A stretch of 64,000 nucleotides of DNA from Lingula anatina (GCA_051362555.1 CM120641.1:16430001-16494000), one strand, 5' to 3'. Shown: positions 41,184 through 54,373, counted from the stretch's first letter. Translations and numbers: made by a program. The notes: generated by a model not told the origin, from the sequence alone.

Positions 41184-44100
41184 TTATTCTACATCATCCC
41201 TGAAGGCCAGACTAATGACAGCTTTCTGGTGTCCTCCATACTCTCTTTTCACCTGTGCAGTCTCCACGTTCCATAACCTGGCCATATTGTCTGAAGATGC
41301 TGCAAAAAATGAGGAAGATTTAACGTAAACAAGTCCAGTATGGTCACCTGGTGAGTTTCAATCTAATTGCAGTAGATGTGAAAAAGACTGCAATTGTCTC
41401 ACCCATATTATTAGCTTGAGTCAGACTATGCAAGGCTGCATTGTTACACTGTTCACCATAATGTAAGCTACAGGATAGCAATAACTTACTGGGTATCTTT
41501 CATTTATGTCATAGAATTAAAGACTGAAATGATAACTAGTGTCAACATTTGACAGAATTCAATTTTGGTGTTGCACGATTTCCAAGTCATAATTACAGTA
41601 TTCCATTGTAATCTGGGTAGTCTTAATTACCAAACGAAAAAAATTGAACTCAGATTACTATACAGTATAGTAGAAAATGGGTCCAATGTGAAAATTAATT
41701 ATGTACCTGTAATCATGTACTGAGAATCTCCACTGAAAGCACAGTCCCAAACCCATCTCTGTGTGTTCTCTTTAAGCTCAGTGTACAAAGAAAAGTCTGC
41801 TGTTTTCCATATCCTAACTGTGGTATCTGCGGATGTGGTGGCTAGTAACCTGCAACACAATTAACATATTAAACACAAATTTTTTTCTTAGGCCTTTCAA
41901 ACACAGAGCCATGTGTACATTTTCCTCTATAAATAATGGAAGCATTTTTAAATTAGGAGGTCCATTTGAAATATTGATATTACAGTATAAAAAATAGACA
42001 ACTACATTTACACTATGGCATCAAAATTGGCTTTTGATATCTGCAAAACTCTTAGAAAAACATGCTACAATTTACTGGAATTTTTCTATAATACAAAATG
42101 TAATCAATTCTTACGTTGAATCTGGACTAAATAAACATTTTAAAACATATCGCTTGTGTGCTTGTATTTTTGTTTTCGGATGAAGCTGTGTTTGTTCATC
42201 TCCTCTTCCTCCAGTTAAGTTCCAAACATAGCAATTTCCCTATATAAAAAAAGTTGTTCATTATGTATGATGAAATGCATTGTTTTAGTCACCAATACAA
42301 GTTATATTGGTTCACAAACAAAAATGATATATAAAAACTATAGAAATGCTAGTATTACCTTCATACCAGAGAAATCATTCTGACATTCTGTGGATCACAA
42401 TGCACTTGTTATCTGTTTTGTATTTCTGGCATAAATGGCACAAATTTTGTACCTATCTTTACACATATATAAAATCACAGCAGTATCTGTATTTGTCCTT
42501 GCAGAAAAAAGTACCATTCCCCAAATTATATTTCACCAACATTTTATTGTTTTTGCTCACAATTTAATCTTTTTGACCTAAACAAATAAGTACCCCCGGT
42601 ATATGCTGAGCAGCTTCATGAATATCATTGAATTATTTCTCTACAAACATAGTTATGAAATTATATAGAACCTTGTTATTAACAGCAGCCATGTATGTTC
42701 CCTCTGGGTCAATGCTGATGGACTGCACTGCAGCATCTGGCTCTGGGATCTGGTGACAAAAAGTAAAAACATTCCAATGGTAGAATATGTGTACATTACA
42801 TATCATCAAAGCAGAAAAATGCCAAAACAAGTGAACAATCTACTGAGTAGGTACTCAAGAACTTACCAATTGTTCATTATGGTCTGTTTTAAGATCCCAT
42901 ATGTGTATAGCACCACTTTGGTCTCCAACAAACAGTTCTCCCTGCAACAAAAAAAAAGTGTCTCTTATATATATATATAAGTAACATTAAAAAATCTTTC
43001 TTAATTTCTCTCACAGGTTTATTCATTTACACATATGTACATTAAGTAGCCTGTTGGTGCCATTACGCATAAATACAATATTGCAAAGCTTATAATAATT
43101 ATTGTTAATGAATACTATATTGGATAGTCTGGTTGCAAGTGTATTATATGTGGCTCTCCTTCATGAATGCATGCATGTTTCACTTACTTGATTAGGATGT
43201 AAACAAACACAGTTTACTGGAGCATTGACTTGAAATATTCTTTGACACTGTAGATTCCGTGACCTGTAACATGAAAATTGTATGAAAAGTTATAAAAACA
43301 ATGGTGACACTGAGGTAATGGGACAAATGCTTTGTTATTAATGTCTTTGTTAACTAGATAATATATTAAAATCACCTTAAATCCCATATTCTTGCTGAGT
43401 TGTCCTCTCCTCCTGTGAACATCCACCTGCCATCTTCATGGAAGCCTACCCCAGTCACATTCTTAGTTATCCCATCATAATTGATCACTGGGTTAGGATT
43501 GTTGGAGTTAATGTCATACATACGGATGTGCTGATACCCTGAAGTTTGATCATATACAGCAGAAAGAACATCATTTTCACGAAAATAATTTAGAATATAT
43601 TAGTAATAGTGAATAAGAATGAATGAATGTCAGTATCAATGAGGATGGTGTCAATCATGAATAGGCTTTTTATCCAAATAAAATGAAATAGGTCAAACAA
43701 AAATGTTTGCTTAATTGTACTGCATTCCGTTTATTATTTCTGGTAGAATTATAAGTGGTAGTATGCACAATCAATTACCTGCAGCTGCAATCAGCTGCTT
43801 GTCTGGTGTTATCTGCAATGCATTTACTTGCTGCAAAGTAAAATGATACGTGATGTTAAAATCAATGATTGCGAGATTTGCAGATTTAAATACTTGTAAC
43901 AGCATTTGATAAGAATAAATTGTCATGTTAAATTATTATTACTCTCTAAAGTATGTCTGTTTGTGATATTTCAATTTTCTTACAACTGATGAATGTTTCC
44001 ACTGATTATTTTTTTACATTATGGCATATACAGTATATACCTGTATAATTAGAAAAAGAAAATGGTGTATGGGATTTTCATTTATAAAAGCAATTATTCA

Positions 44101-44384
44101 GGTACAGTACATACGTAGCACGAAATCCATGCATTAACACCTACTGACAATTTCATATCTACGCCGTGTTGACAGAGTACATATAAAATTGTCAACAGGA
44201 GTGTTAACACATGAATTTCGTGCTAAGTACATGTACATACGGAGTCCGGGTGTTGAACTGTTCGGTGACATATCCCACTATGTGCCTGCCAAAATCTAAT
44301 CGTGTGGTCATATCCAGCAGTGGCTAATATCACCGGATCAGAACCCCCATTCCCTCCGCTAGCGTTATCTGGTCCCTTCTTCAT
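41184..44384 (-). CDS. MLST8: Target of rapamycin complex subunit LST8 (WD40)
   Basis: Exons 44384-44241 ([31 protein letters not shown]), 43830-43779 ([10 protein letters not shown]), 43538-43376 ([24 protein letters not shown]), 43263-43188 ([20 protein letters not shown]), 42941-42867, 42749-42672, 42239-42115, 41849-41707 ([20 protein letters not shown]), 41299-41184 ([25 protein letters not shown]). GT-AG and in frame. Confidence 0.96.
44116..44225. mobile_element. ~110-bp MITE (TAGCACGAAA...TTTCGTGCTA) in LST8 intron 1
   Basis: Inverted termini ending in TA; homologous to 45069-45173. Confidence 0.8.
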
Positions 44385-44512
44385 GAAATCAACAAGAGCA
44401 GCAACTCTTTCCTTAAACCGGAAGTAACGGCCCAGATTCAGAAGCCGGCCGTGATGTCGCAAGTCTTTGCACTGGATTGGTCAAAATAATACTTTCCTGC
44501 AGACTAGCTGTC
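44385..44512. promoter_or_regulatory. Compact bidirectional promoter for LST8 and CIAO3
   Basis: 128 bp between divergent ATGs. Contains an ETS/GABP-type CCGGAAGT (44418-44425), an inverted CCAAT box (ATTGG, ~44476-44480) and local CpG enrichment. Confidence 0.8.
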
Positions 44513-47500
44513 ATGGCTTCTAAATTTAGCGGAGCACTGCAGTTGACCGATTTAGATGATTTTATCACGCCTTCACAGGTAAAGTTCATTACGATATTGA
44601 GAGAAATTGTTTTTCATCATATGAAAAATAGTAAAAAAAGTAATGAATTGGTCTAAGGCAACCTTTTAAGTGTTAAAACACTGGAAGTACTCTATACCAC
44701 TTCCCGTACTGCGGACACGAAGCCTAAGAGTATTTAGTAATTTCTTCTTCAGTCAACAGCTTATTATTGAAATAATTTACCTCCAATATCTCTATGTATA
44801 ACAGAGCATCTTTATCAGGCTCTGTTAGACATCGGAATATTGGAGGTAAATTTTTTCAATAATGAATATTTAGCTGTAGATTGAAGAAACAATTACTTTA
44901 TTCTTACTAGTACATGTACACCATAACAAAGCTGATGAAGTTCTTCTCTGGGGACAAAGCCTACCTACACAGTTACACAACAGGCTGTATCTGGCGGGTA
45001 GAGTGAACACATAGTGCAGTTCCAGTCACGATACTGACCAGTGCAGACCAGTGCTAGAGGATTTGGACTAGCACGAAAATTCATGCATTAGCACTCCTAT
45101 GATGATTCTGATATGTACTGGCTGTGCTAACACAATAGTCAATAGGAGTGCTAACGCATGAATTTTCGTGCTAGACTTGGACTTGTCAACTCACCCGTAG
45201 TAGTTAACCATGCAATTCCACATTGAGACTTGTCTCATTTTTTTGCTTTACACACTAATTGGTACCCTTACCTGCTCTGGAACAAAACCAAGTTTTAAGT
45301 TTGCCTCTAAGATTTTCTCAAGAAGAATAAAATATATGCATATGCAAGAGGCAAAGTGATGAAATTATTTTGTTTGTGAAAACAAACAACTAGCACCACT
45401 TATAGAGATCTGCAGTTGAAAATAGCATGATTGAAGGCAATCTTTAGCAAGAAACCCTGCAATCCTAAAAAAGAATATTAAGAAATTGAAAGAAAGAAAC
45501 ACCTTAGCAAAATATGGATACAGCTAGAATTTCAATGGAAGGAAATGTCACTGTCGTCACTAACCTTTGTTTTTGCTCTGTGAACTTGAAAATTCATTAC
45601 CAAATCTAGCGTGCATTTTTTTGTAATTATCAAAATGCCTGTTTGTGTGTTTGATGTGAAATGGTAGTAATATTTTTGTAAATAAAATTAGTTAATTTTT
45701 TTATTTATAAAATCTTGCTCATCAGTCTCTCTTTTTATAGGAATGTATCAAGCCAGTGAAAATCGAGAAAAAGCCCACTAAAACTGGAGCAATAAAAATT
45801 GGGATTGATGGGTCATATTTGGAATTGGGACAGGTATGGTTGATATTTACATACATTGTGGTTTTCTCCATGAGATCTGACTTTGACCTGTTTGGCAGGT
45901 TATGTGTAGAGACAATCAAGGTTATGAAAGTACATACTGTATGTTTTGTTATGAAATTTATCAGCCTGATCTTTTTATTCTGGGCTGCAAAGTTCCTAAG
46001 GTGCAATTACCATTTTAAACATTATCAGTGATATGAGCACAGGTCATGGATTAATTCATGTCTGATGGATATGTCTTAGGAGCACGTTTCACATATCAGT
46101 ATGATTTTTTAATTTGCAAACTGGGAACTTCTTACATCATTATAAAATATGAACTATGAAATACAATAATTATTCAGCAATTATGATTGACTCCTTTTAA
46201 TTGTAAGGTAATAATTTACCATACTAAGTTGTCCAATTACAAAAAGTAGATGTACAATGTATTTCAGGATGGCTCAGAGTACAAGCTGGAGAAAGCCAAA
46301 ATCACATTGAATGACTGTCTAGCTTGCAGTGGTTGCATCACATCAGCAGAAAGCGTCCTTATTACTCAACAGAGCCAAGATGAATTATACAGAATACTAG
46401 AGGAAAACAAAAATTTGGATAAGGTAAAAAGTCCAATGACCATTTGATTTAACTTGTCACTTATAAGTGTGAATGCATGATTTGCATTTTTCATTATAAA
46501 GTCATTTACTCATTTCTTATTAAAACTGAACTTGGAAACTTGTTCTGATATGGAAGAGAGCTCTTTGTATTTTTAAAACTCTATTGTTAATAAGTATTGC
46601 ATTATTGCTTATTTTTTGTCCATAATATTTTGATTTCACAAAGCAGCAAGGTTCAGCTGACAAGAAGATTGTGGTTGTGTCAGTGTGCCCCCAGTCAAGA
46701 GCTTCATTGGCAGCCAAATATAAAATAGGAATTGTGGAAGCTGCACAGAGGATAAATGGGTTTTTCAAAAGATTAGGTATAATATATATATATTTTAAAT
46801 ATTTTTCCAATAGATGAAGGCATTTTAATAATACTTTATTGCATATCTATTTTATTCTATACAGTTAGGAATACTTACATGGTAATAGAAACTTGATCAG
46901 AAGATAATTACATAGGCACCATGTTGCCTTGATTAAATCAGTAGTAGTTCTCTGTTGTTTACAGGTGTAGATTTAGTTTTTGACACCAGCTTCTCAAGGG
47001 AGTTCAGCCTAATCGAAAGTGGTAAAGAATTCATAAGGCAATACAAAGCTAGAGACACACAGAAAAGTGCAATACCAATGCTTGCATCTGCTTGTCCAGG
47101 TAAATATATTTTATATAGCAAAAAAAAAAAATGACAGATTGAATTCTAAAAAAATTGCACATTTTGGTTGATTGATTTTGGTTGACTACCGTTCTGACAT
47201 TAACACAAATTGATGATGGCTTCACATTGTATAGAATATAAAAAATGAGGAATACAGTATCTAGTGTAATGCATGAATGGTGACAGGTTATATATTTTAA
47301 TATAATTCATTCAGAACTGACATTTTTGTTATTCTGTTGTATACAAATATTTGTGACACTCAGCCAGGCAATAAAACAATTCTATTTCTTATGTATTTTA
47401 GGGTGGATCTGCTATGCTGAGAAAACACATGGATCTTATATTCTCCCATATATTAGTACAACCAAATCCCCACAACAGATTATGGGTTCTCTTGTAAAAG

Positions 47501-49284
47501 ACTATTTAGCTAAACACCATGGTAAAACTCCAGATCAAATCTACCATGTAACTGTCATGCCATGTTATGATAAAAAGCTAGAAGCATCCAGGCAGGACTT
47601 TTATAACGATGTATACAGGACTAGAGATGTGGACTGTGTTATAAGTACAGGTAAATAATATGATTTTTATTTACATAAAATGACTCCAGAAAAGGGCAAA
47701 TAAATGTATTTGACTTAGACACAGTGTTAATTGCATATGATTGTTTTAGGTTAGAATAAAAAAGTCATTGCTGTCAATTATGTATTTTTTGATTGCAGTG
47801 ATTGGCTTCAATGCAAAATTTATTGAAGGTAGAGTTACACAAGTTGTGTTGTCATTCTCACCTTGACAGTGTTTGTGTTGTCCTTGATGTGTCTAAGACA
47901 CTTTTTCCAGGTGAAGTGGACAAAATGTTAGAGGTGGAAGGAATATCCCTGGTTGATGTAGAGCCTTGCAAAGAACCCTGTGATTCCTTGTAAGTATATT
48001 TCTTTAAGAAGCTCCTAAATATGTTTTTAAATTTTTATTTATGTCAATCTGTCTTTCTTATTACAGTCTGTTCTTTTCATCAAGTATATTCATATTGTAA
48101 CATTAACATCTGGAAATTCTGTTGGGATCAATGCATTTTACCATTATTAGCAAATATACATTCAAGCACACCATGTTGTACATTTACATTATAATGTTTT
48201 ATTTGCAGCTTCTCACCGCAGTCTAACGAACTTTATGGTCATCCTGGTGGGGGGTCTGGAGGATATCTAGAACATGTTTTTAAATATGCTGCCCAGGAGT
48301 TGTTTGGAACACATATAGGTCATCTGTCATACAAAACCTTGAGGTGTGTTAAAATGAAAAAAAAAAAATGATTTTTATCATTACAAGTTTATTGGAATTT
48401 TTAAGAAACAGTTCATGGATAGATTCAGGTTGATGTTTTCTATTGCATCAGTTTTAATCTCTTTTGATACTTTTTCTTACTTTTACATCATGCATAATTA
48501 AATAATGTAAATTTACTACCTTATTTATATCAGGAACCAGGATTTCAAGGAAGTGACACTGGAAGTGGATGGAAAAGAAGAACTCAAGTTTGCCTTGGCT
48601 TATGGGTTCAGAAATATTCAAAATATTGTCCAGAAAATCAAAAGGGGGAAATGTCAGTATCACTTTGTGGAGATAATGGCATGTCCATCTGGTGAGCAAA
48701 CCTTTGGTAGTACCTTATGCACTGGCTGAAAACATATGGGGCTAATGCACTCATTATGGATTAATTGTGAAGATACATATTTATTAATATAAATAAGATG
48801 ATATCATTTAAAGTATCTTGACTGTAATAATACATATACTGGTATTGTAAAGTTCTATTAAAATTGAATCTAGTATGAATGATTTTGGGGTAATTTCATG
48901 AAAAAGCTGAAACTACAGTCTACAGAGTTACAGAGGAGGGGAAAATGCTGTGTCCAGATTAAAATAGTTTTCAGCATCAACTAATTAAATGGAAGTGATA
49001 CAAAGTTTGAAATTACTAATAATTCTTATCTTGTCTTCACAGGATGCCTCAATGGTGGTGGGCAGCTTCGGCCTGATGATGGAGAATCCTCTAAAGAACT
49101 GCTGCAGAGAGTAGATGAGCTTTACAATTCTTTAGAAACTAGGACTCCTTTTCAAAGTAATGATATACATCAGCTGTATGAAGACTGGCTAGGAGGCAGT
49201 GACACAGAAAAAGCTCAACACATGCTTCATACACAGTACCATGAAGTAGAGAAAATGACAAGTGCTCTAAATCTGAAGTGGTAA
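44513..49284 (+). CDS. CIAO3: Cytosolic Fe-S cluster assembly factor NARFL/IOP1/Nar1 (iron-only hydrogenase-like)
   Basis: [22 protein letters not shown]|[118 protein letters not shown]. Exons 44513-44578, 45741-45833, 46268-46423, ~46647-46776, ~46964-47099, ~47402-47650, 47911-47989, ~48209-48343, ~48533-48691, ~49043-49284. Confidence 0.96.
44737..44896. repeat. Imperfect palindrome (fold-back element) in CIAO3 intron 1
   Basis: attattgaaaataatttacctccaatat..taacagagc / gctctgtta..atattggaggtaaattttttcaataat, with outer arms agtaatttcttcttca / tgaagaaacaattact. Confidence 0.75.
45069..45173. mobile_element. ~105-bp MITE in CIAO3 intron 1, same family as 44116-44225
   Basis: TAGCACGAAAATTCATGCATTAGCACTCCTA...TAGGAGTGCTAACGCATGAATTTTCGTGCTA. 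Confidence 0.8.
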
Positions 49285-49698
49285 ATTAGGATATTAAGGC
49301 AAATTTAAACTTTAAAAAAAATCGGTATTAAACTAGGTTTTTTATGGCCAAATTTTGCACAGGACACAAATCTGTTGGAATGAGGTCATGAAGTTGAGAC
49401 ATCCAATACCACATGGATCTGATTATACAATTGATCATTCTAAATTCTACCTTATAGACTACATCCATAATCAATGTCTTCTCCCCACCAATCTGGTTTC
49501 TCAATGTATTGAGTTGTTTAATATTGCACTCTAATTTGTCAGTAGATATCTTCAAGCATGATTGATCATCTTATGTGATAAGCTACTTTTTTTGGGATAA
49601 GCTACTCTTTGCAGTTTAAGTCAGAGTGATAACCAGCTTCTAGTGCCCGATCCTTTAAACAAGGGATGGGCCAGTGGGATTGTTTCGTGGTGAGGGAT

Positions 49699-50172
49699 TT
49701 AACGTCTGCCGTCACTAAACAGATTTATGGCCCATTTAGTACTTGCTTGAGTTTTGTTTGGTATTCTGGCTGCCAAATTCTGAGAAAATTCAGAACTAGT
49801 CAATGGCTTCTCGAACCTCTCTGGCTGCTCATCTGAAATGTCAACTTTAAAGAGAGTTTTTGTTGGAATTTCCATCAGTTGAGTAAGAGAGACGTTGTTT
49901 TCCATTGTTACTTCTGCGTTGTTACCTACTGCATGACAGAGGCGCAATAGGTGTGACCGTGTGTTACCCAACTCGTTTCGGGTGCCCCATTGCGACAAAG
50001 TGACAACCTTTCAGTTTAATTAGTCAGTACCAGGGTTAATGAACCGTGCTTTAAGCCAGATAAAGCACTGGACGCTGAGCTTCATGCAAAATAGAGCAGA
50101 TAATTGTCTAGGCTTCGCCTCGCCAATTATCTGCTCTATTTTGCGTAAAGCTCAGCACCTCATACTTTATCT
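49699..50172 (-). mobile_element. Crypton-like (DUF3504/ZMYM-type) N-terminal fragment with adjacent hairpin
   Basis: RFEKPLTSSEF..ARIPNKTQASTKWAINLFSD resembles the N-terminal motif of DUF3504 tyrosine-recombinase-derived proteins. Hairpin at 50058-50172 with an aggcttcgcct loop. Confidence 0.55.
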
Positions 50173-50544
50173 ATACCAGAATATGCTACTCTTATTTCTC
50201 CTAATGTAAATTTCAAGGTTCAGGGCCTGTACAAGGTAACTTTAGGTTCACAAATATCCTCTTTGTTGGTTGTAAGCCCATAAGGCAACTTTGTGTTCAC
50301 AAAACTGCAATAGTGGTTAATTATCCTGATTATCCTGGATATTGGTTTGTGACCTTGACAGGCAATTAGGGCTTGGCATTTGTGGCACGCTTGAACAGTA
50401 CTTGATTCAACACACCTGGGTCTTTTATTATTGACAACTATTTATTCTTCATCAGGGTTCTTGTTCAAGACTACGGACTGACATCTACTAAAATAATCCC
50501 TGTGGCTTCATTCATTCACGTCCCCACAATTCATGGTATTCTGC

Positions 50545-50800
50545 TGGGCCCTTAGGCCCCAACGCATTGTTGAATTAACTGGATCTAGCTCTCTTAAAAT
50601 AAACCTTACATGATGCCTTTGGAACGTAAATGCCCCATCATCATGGTTACCCCACAGTGAGGATGATCATGATAAATCTGCATCATAACGTCCATCAAAT
50701 GTTCATCACTTATCCCTGAATAACATTCAAGTTCAATCCCACTCTGCTGCAATTTTCTCCATAAAGAAATAATGCACAAGTTTCTTTTGTCCCTCCAAAC
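50545..50800 (-). pseudogene. IS3EU-like transposase fragment
   Basis: Hand translation: SLWRKLQQSGIELECYSGISDEHLMDVMMQIYHDHPHCGVTMMMGHLRSKGI*..LRELDPVNSTMRW, matching the YS.ISD..L..HP.CG..M..GHLRS.G..DP...RW pattern. Confidence 0.65.
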
Positions 50801-50859
50801 TGTAACTGTCAGATTACCCTTCTGCTTTGTGACATAGTTCCCATTTTTTTAAACATTCC

Positions 50860-51303
50860 TTATTTCCTTCCTGCTCCACTCTCTGTAAATTGCTTCTTTG
50901 CAATCTCTTCCTCCACGTTAATGGCATGTGTCCTCTTTCTCTTGTAATTGTCAAAGCATCTGTTGGCGAAGGATCTTGGCTGTTCAAACATTTTCTCACT
51001 GCTCTTTACAGTTGATAAGGATGGGAAAAACTCTCTTATAGCAGCGGAGATGAACCCTTCGTTTAATCCAGCCACCCTTTCTTCTTGGCCCAATGCAAAC
51101 CTCTTGTTTTGATGTTTTAACGATACGCTAGATCTGTATTCTGTCATCCAGTCATCAATCCACTTCTTAGAGCAAACAAAATAAACATTGGGATTGCCAG
51201 TGGCCTCCTTCCATCTGCTAAAGAGTTCCAGACATTTCAATTTGAAGATCTTGCGCAAAAACGACTGAGACGGTAACGAAACTGTGGCCAGTGATACAAA
51301 CAA
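50860..51303 (-). pseudogene. pogo-like transposase N-terminal (CENP-B-type HTH) fragment
   Basis: FVCSKKWIDDWMTEY..VSLKHQNKRF and KKQFTESGAGRK motifs. Confidence 0.5.
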
Positions 51304-51959
51304 CGGGTAAAAATATATAATTATATTCTCAGCAACATGGTTTTTGTGGAATTGAACGAATTACAAAAATAAAGACCTCCAAGACGGATTGTTTGAGTCA
51401 TCCATGAAAACGCTCTTCCTACTGGGAGTAGTAATTTGTGTCACTCAAGACAAGTCATTCCATGTGCTTTAAAGAACATCTTTCCTCTGTTAAAATTTTT
51501 AAACAATTTTGTACTATCCGATAGTACCCAGCCAAAAATAAATAAATCGCCAATGTGGCAATGCCAAATTATTTTCTAAACATGGGAGATGGTAATGTTT
51601 ATATTTATATTCCCCTGGGCCGTTATTGCCCCTCATCTGTATGCCCCCGCACCATGTACTTCCCATATCTAAATTTCCCCAAGCGATATTTTGCTGCAAG
51701 GAAAGACTCACTTTGGTTAAAATTTTGTAATTGTGCATTATATAATAAGCTATATTAATTTAATTTTATGTCCCTATTAATTTTTTACCCAAGGAGATAA
51801 ATAAACCCGCAGAACCCAAAAAAAAAGTGGAAACAATCACTGAAATAATGCCGATGCATAACCTAATTATAAAACCCAAATTAAGTAATAAAAACACACC
51901 AAATCCTGGCCTTTAATTTATTTCAAACAAGAACGTTGTATCTTACAAAAACAAAAAAA

Positions 51960-52316
51960 ATATGCGTTAACTTCTTTTTAGAGCGATATTAACACTTAGC
52001 TGTAATGCTTTGGGAGTCATATCTTGTGTACATTACTATACATTTTCTTCAAATCTGCCTTGTGCATAACTATTAGGCCTGGGTAAAAGTATGATTATAG
52101 ATATTGTCTTTTACAAAAAGTCCTTAAAAGGAATGTGATATGCGTAAACTTCTTTATAGAGCAATGTTAACACTTAACGGTAATGCTTTGGGAGTCACAT
52201 CTTGTCTACATTACTAAACACTTTCTTCAATTGAATTCTGCCTTGTGCATAACTATTAGGCCTGGGTAAAAGTATGATAATAGATGTTGTCTTTTACAAA
52301 AAGTCCTGAAAAGGAC
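51960..52316. repeat. ~175-bp tandem duplication of the pogo fragment's 3' end
   Basis: Copies at ~51960-52133 and ~52138-52316 (atatgcg.taacttc..gctttgggagtca..ctattaggcctgggtaaaagtatga..tacaaaaagtcct.aaaagga). Confidence 0.9.
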
Positions 52317-52901
52317 CATTGCAATCCGTAATGTCCTCTGTGGGAAACCCCATGAACTCCTCTCCGTCGTTGTCGCTATCGCTCTCTAGCATTGGTATGT
52401 CGCTCTCCGGCACTGAGACACCACCGTCTCCCCTTAATGACTTCAAGATGCCAGTAATAGAGAAAAACTTCTGGATCATGGTTGCGGGGACATTGTCCCA
52501 GGCAGCCTTGATCCAGTCAACTATTTCTTGTTTACTGGCAGTCTTCAGCTGGTCGATGTGCCCCTTCGCAGCTGTGACATCGTTGCGCATCCTCTCCTAC
52601 CACAGCCTCCAAAGATGGCCTTTGAACGGCTTGTTCAATGACACATCTAGGGGCTGGGCCTTTGAGGTGCATCCTCCAGGGATTATTGCTGGTTTTGCTG
52701 CCACTCGCTGCAGTGCACATGCCACCCTCTCGGTGGTAGGCGCAGAGAAGGCATCCATTACGAGGAGAGAAGGCCGTTGCTCAGTATACACCTTCAGGAT
52801 TTTGGTCACCCATTCCATCATGAGGTCTTCTGTCATCCAGGCTGTAGAGTTGGCTGTTATTAACCAACCCTCTGGCCCCTCCACCACTGGATTTCTCTTG
52901 C
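52294..52901 (-). pseudogene. pogo/Tigger DDE_1 transposase C-terminal exon, disrupted
   Basis: AWMTEDLMMEW..SLLVMDAFSA..IIPGGCTSKAQPLDVSLNKPFK, in-frame stop at 52597, then IVDWIKAAWDNV..IQKFFSITGI and an acidic tail; preceded by a tttcag acceptor. Confidence 0.9.
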
Positions 52902-53639
52902 CTGAAATAATGAAAGAAAGACATGAGTAGTGATATTTATAGCTAAACTCCTTTACTGACTGAAATGCACATTCACTCTCAGGCGGAATGAAAACTGCAA
53001 AAAGATGTGAACTTTTTAAATGCAGGTGAAGTAAGACTTAGAAATATGTAGATATTTATAACAGTCACCAATTGCTATTGGAAGTAAATTAGCTGTAGTT
53101 TTAAACAAGAACCTTGCACAATTGCCTCGCAAGATCATACAACTACATATGTCACATGTATGTTGTATATATCATACGTATGAAACTATAATATCATATG
53201 GTTATGGTATCTTATACTCAAACACCATTTGACAACTTAAAAGCATACAGTACAGCTACATGACAGCCAGGAAAAACATAATCATCTAAAAGGATATTGT
53301 ACATGTCAGCTGTATATGATTTTGATATAAAAAAGATCACTTAAATACAAATACCACCTGACTTAATTAACCACAAATAGGTGATAACGGTTTACCATAA
53401 TTTTCATATCGAAATAAATCAACAACTAAATGTACATACCCAAAGCATTCTACATAGCTTACCCTATTACATTCTGAGAACAGCAACGTGACTGCACCCA
53501 GAGCCAGTATACGCTCGGTTTTATAGCGAACGTTGACAAAAACTACTCAAATATTCATAAACTGATTACTGGACATTGAGTTAGGTGTGACTGCATGATT
53601 GATTTGATGATGTTGATAACACTGGGGTTTACCATTGCT

Positions 53640-53930
53640 GAGACAATCAAGCCAAATGTTGGGCCTGTAGCTCCAAGGCAATGAATTTAGCAGATTTTGA
53701 TCTGCTCTCTTCTTGCCAGGTTAATGATGACAAAATCACTTTTGGCGTTTCCACTTCGTGGACTACCCGTAGATTTAGCAGGTATCACATTTTCTGTCAC
53801 AGGCCTTCTTCTCAAGATTCTATGCACATTTTCCTGTACACACCCAAATGTCTGGCTATCTCGATTTGTTCTACCCTATATCTGCATATGCAACTGTTTG
53901 GTGTCGTATTCCCATATCAGTAGGTTGCAG
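53640..53930 (-). pseudogene. Tc1-like transposase N-terminal HTH remnant
   Basis: Frameshifted pieces EIARHLGV..VHRIL..ENVIPAKSTGSPR..DFVIINLARR (HTH followed by a GRPR-like motif). Confidence 0.55.
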
Positions 53931-54373
53931 CATCGACTCAGTAATCAGTATACACAGCTACTTATATGCAAACCTCCACAAAAACTGACAGACAAACCCA
54001 CCAGCACTGTACCAATACTCTGTGACATATTCTCACACACCCCAGGCACAACAGTCATAACCAATGTATAATGAATTATAACGCCATTACCTTACGCTAT
54101 TTCAAAAGTAACGTAATTCACCTAATGAATTATCATAAGTAACTTGGCAAATGAAACATTAAATATGTAGTTTTTAGGAAAACCTCAATGAAGTGATGTC
54201 ATATAAAAGGTTAACCTTTGCACTCAAGATATTTTGTATCTTTTCCCCTGCAGTCCTGTTAGCAACTTCTCCTGTTTTTTAACACTCACCATATATGTGT
54301 GTGTGTGTGTGTGTAATTAACTTTTACAGTTTTTGTTTTGCATTGATAAAACTTTGTATACAAGTGTATTTAT

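Noticed and set aside
44223-44462. LST8 N-terminal extension from the TTG start in the ORF track
   Set aside because: It would run through the shared promoter; the ATG at 44384 gives a normal-length N-terminus.
52319-52930. 203-aa + strand ORF
   Set aside because: Antisense shadow of the pogo transposase fragment.
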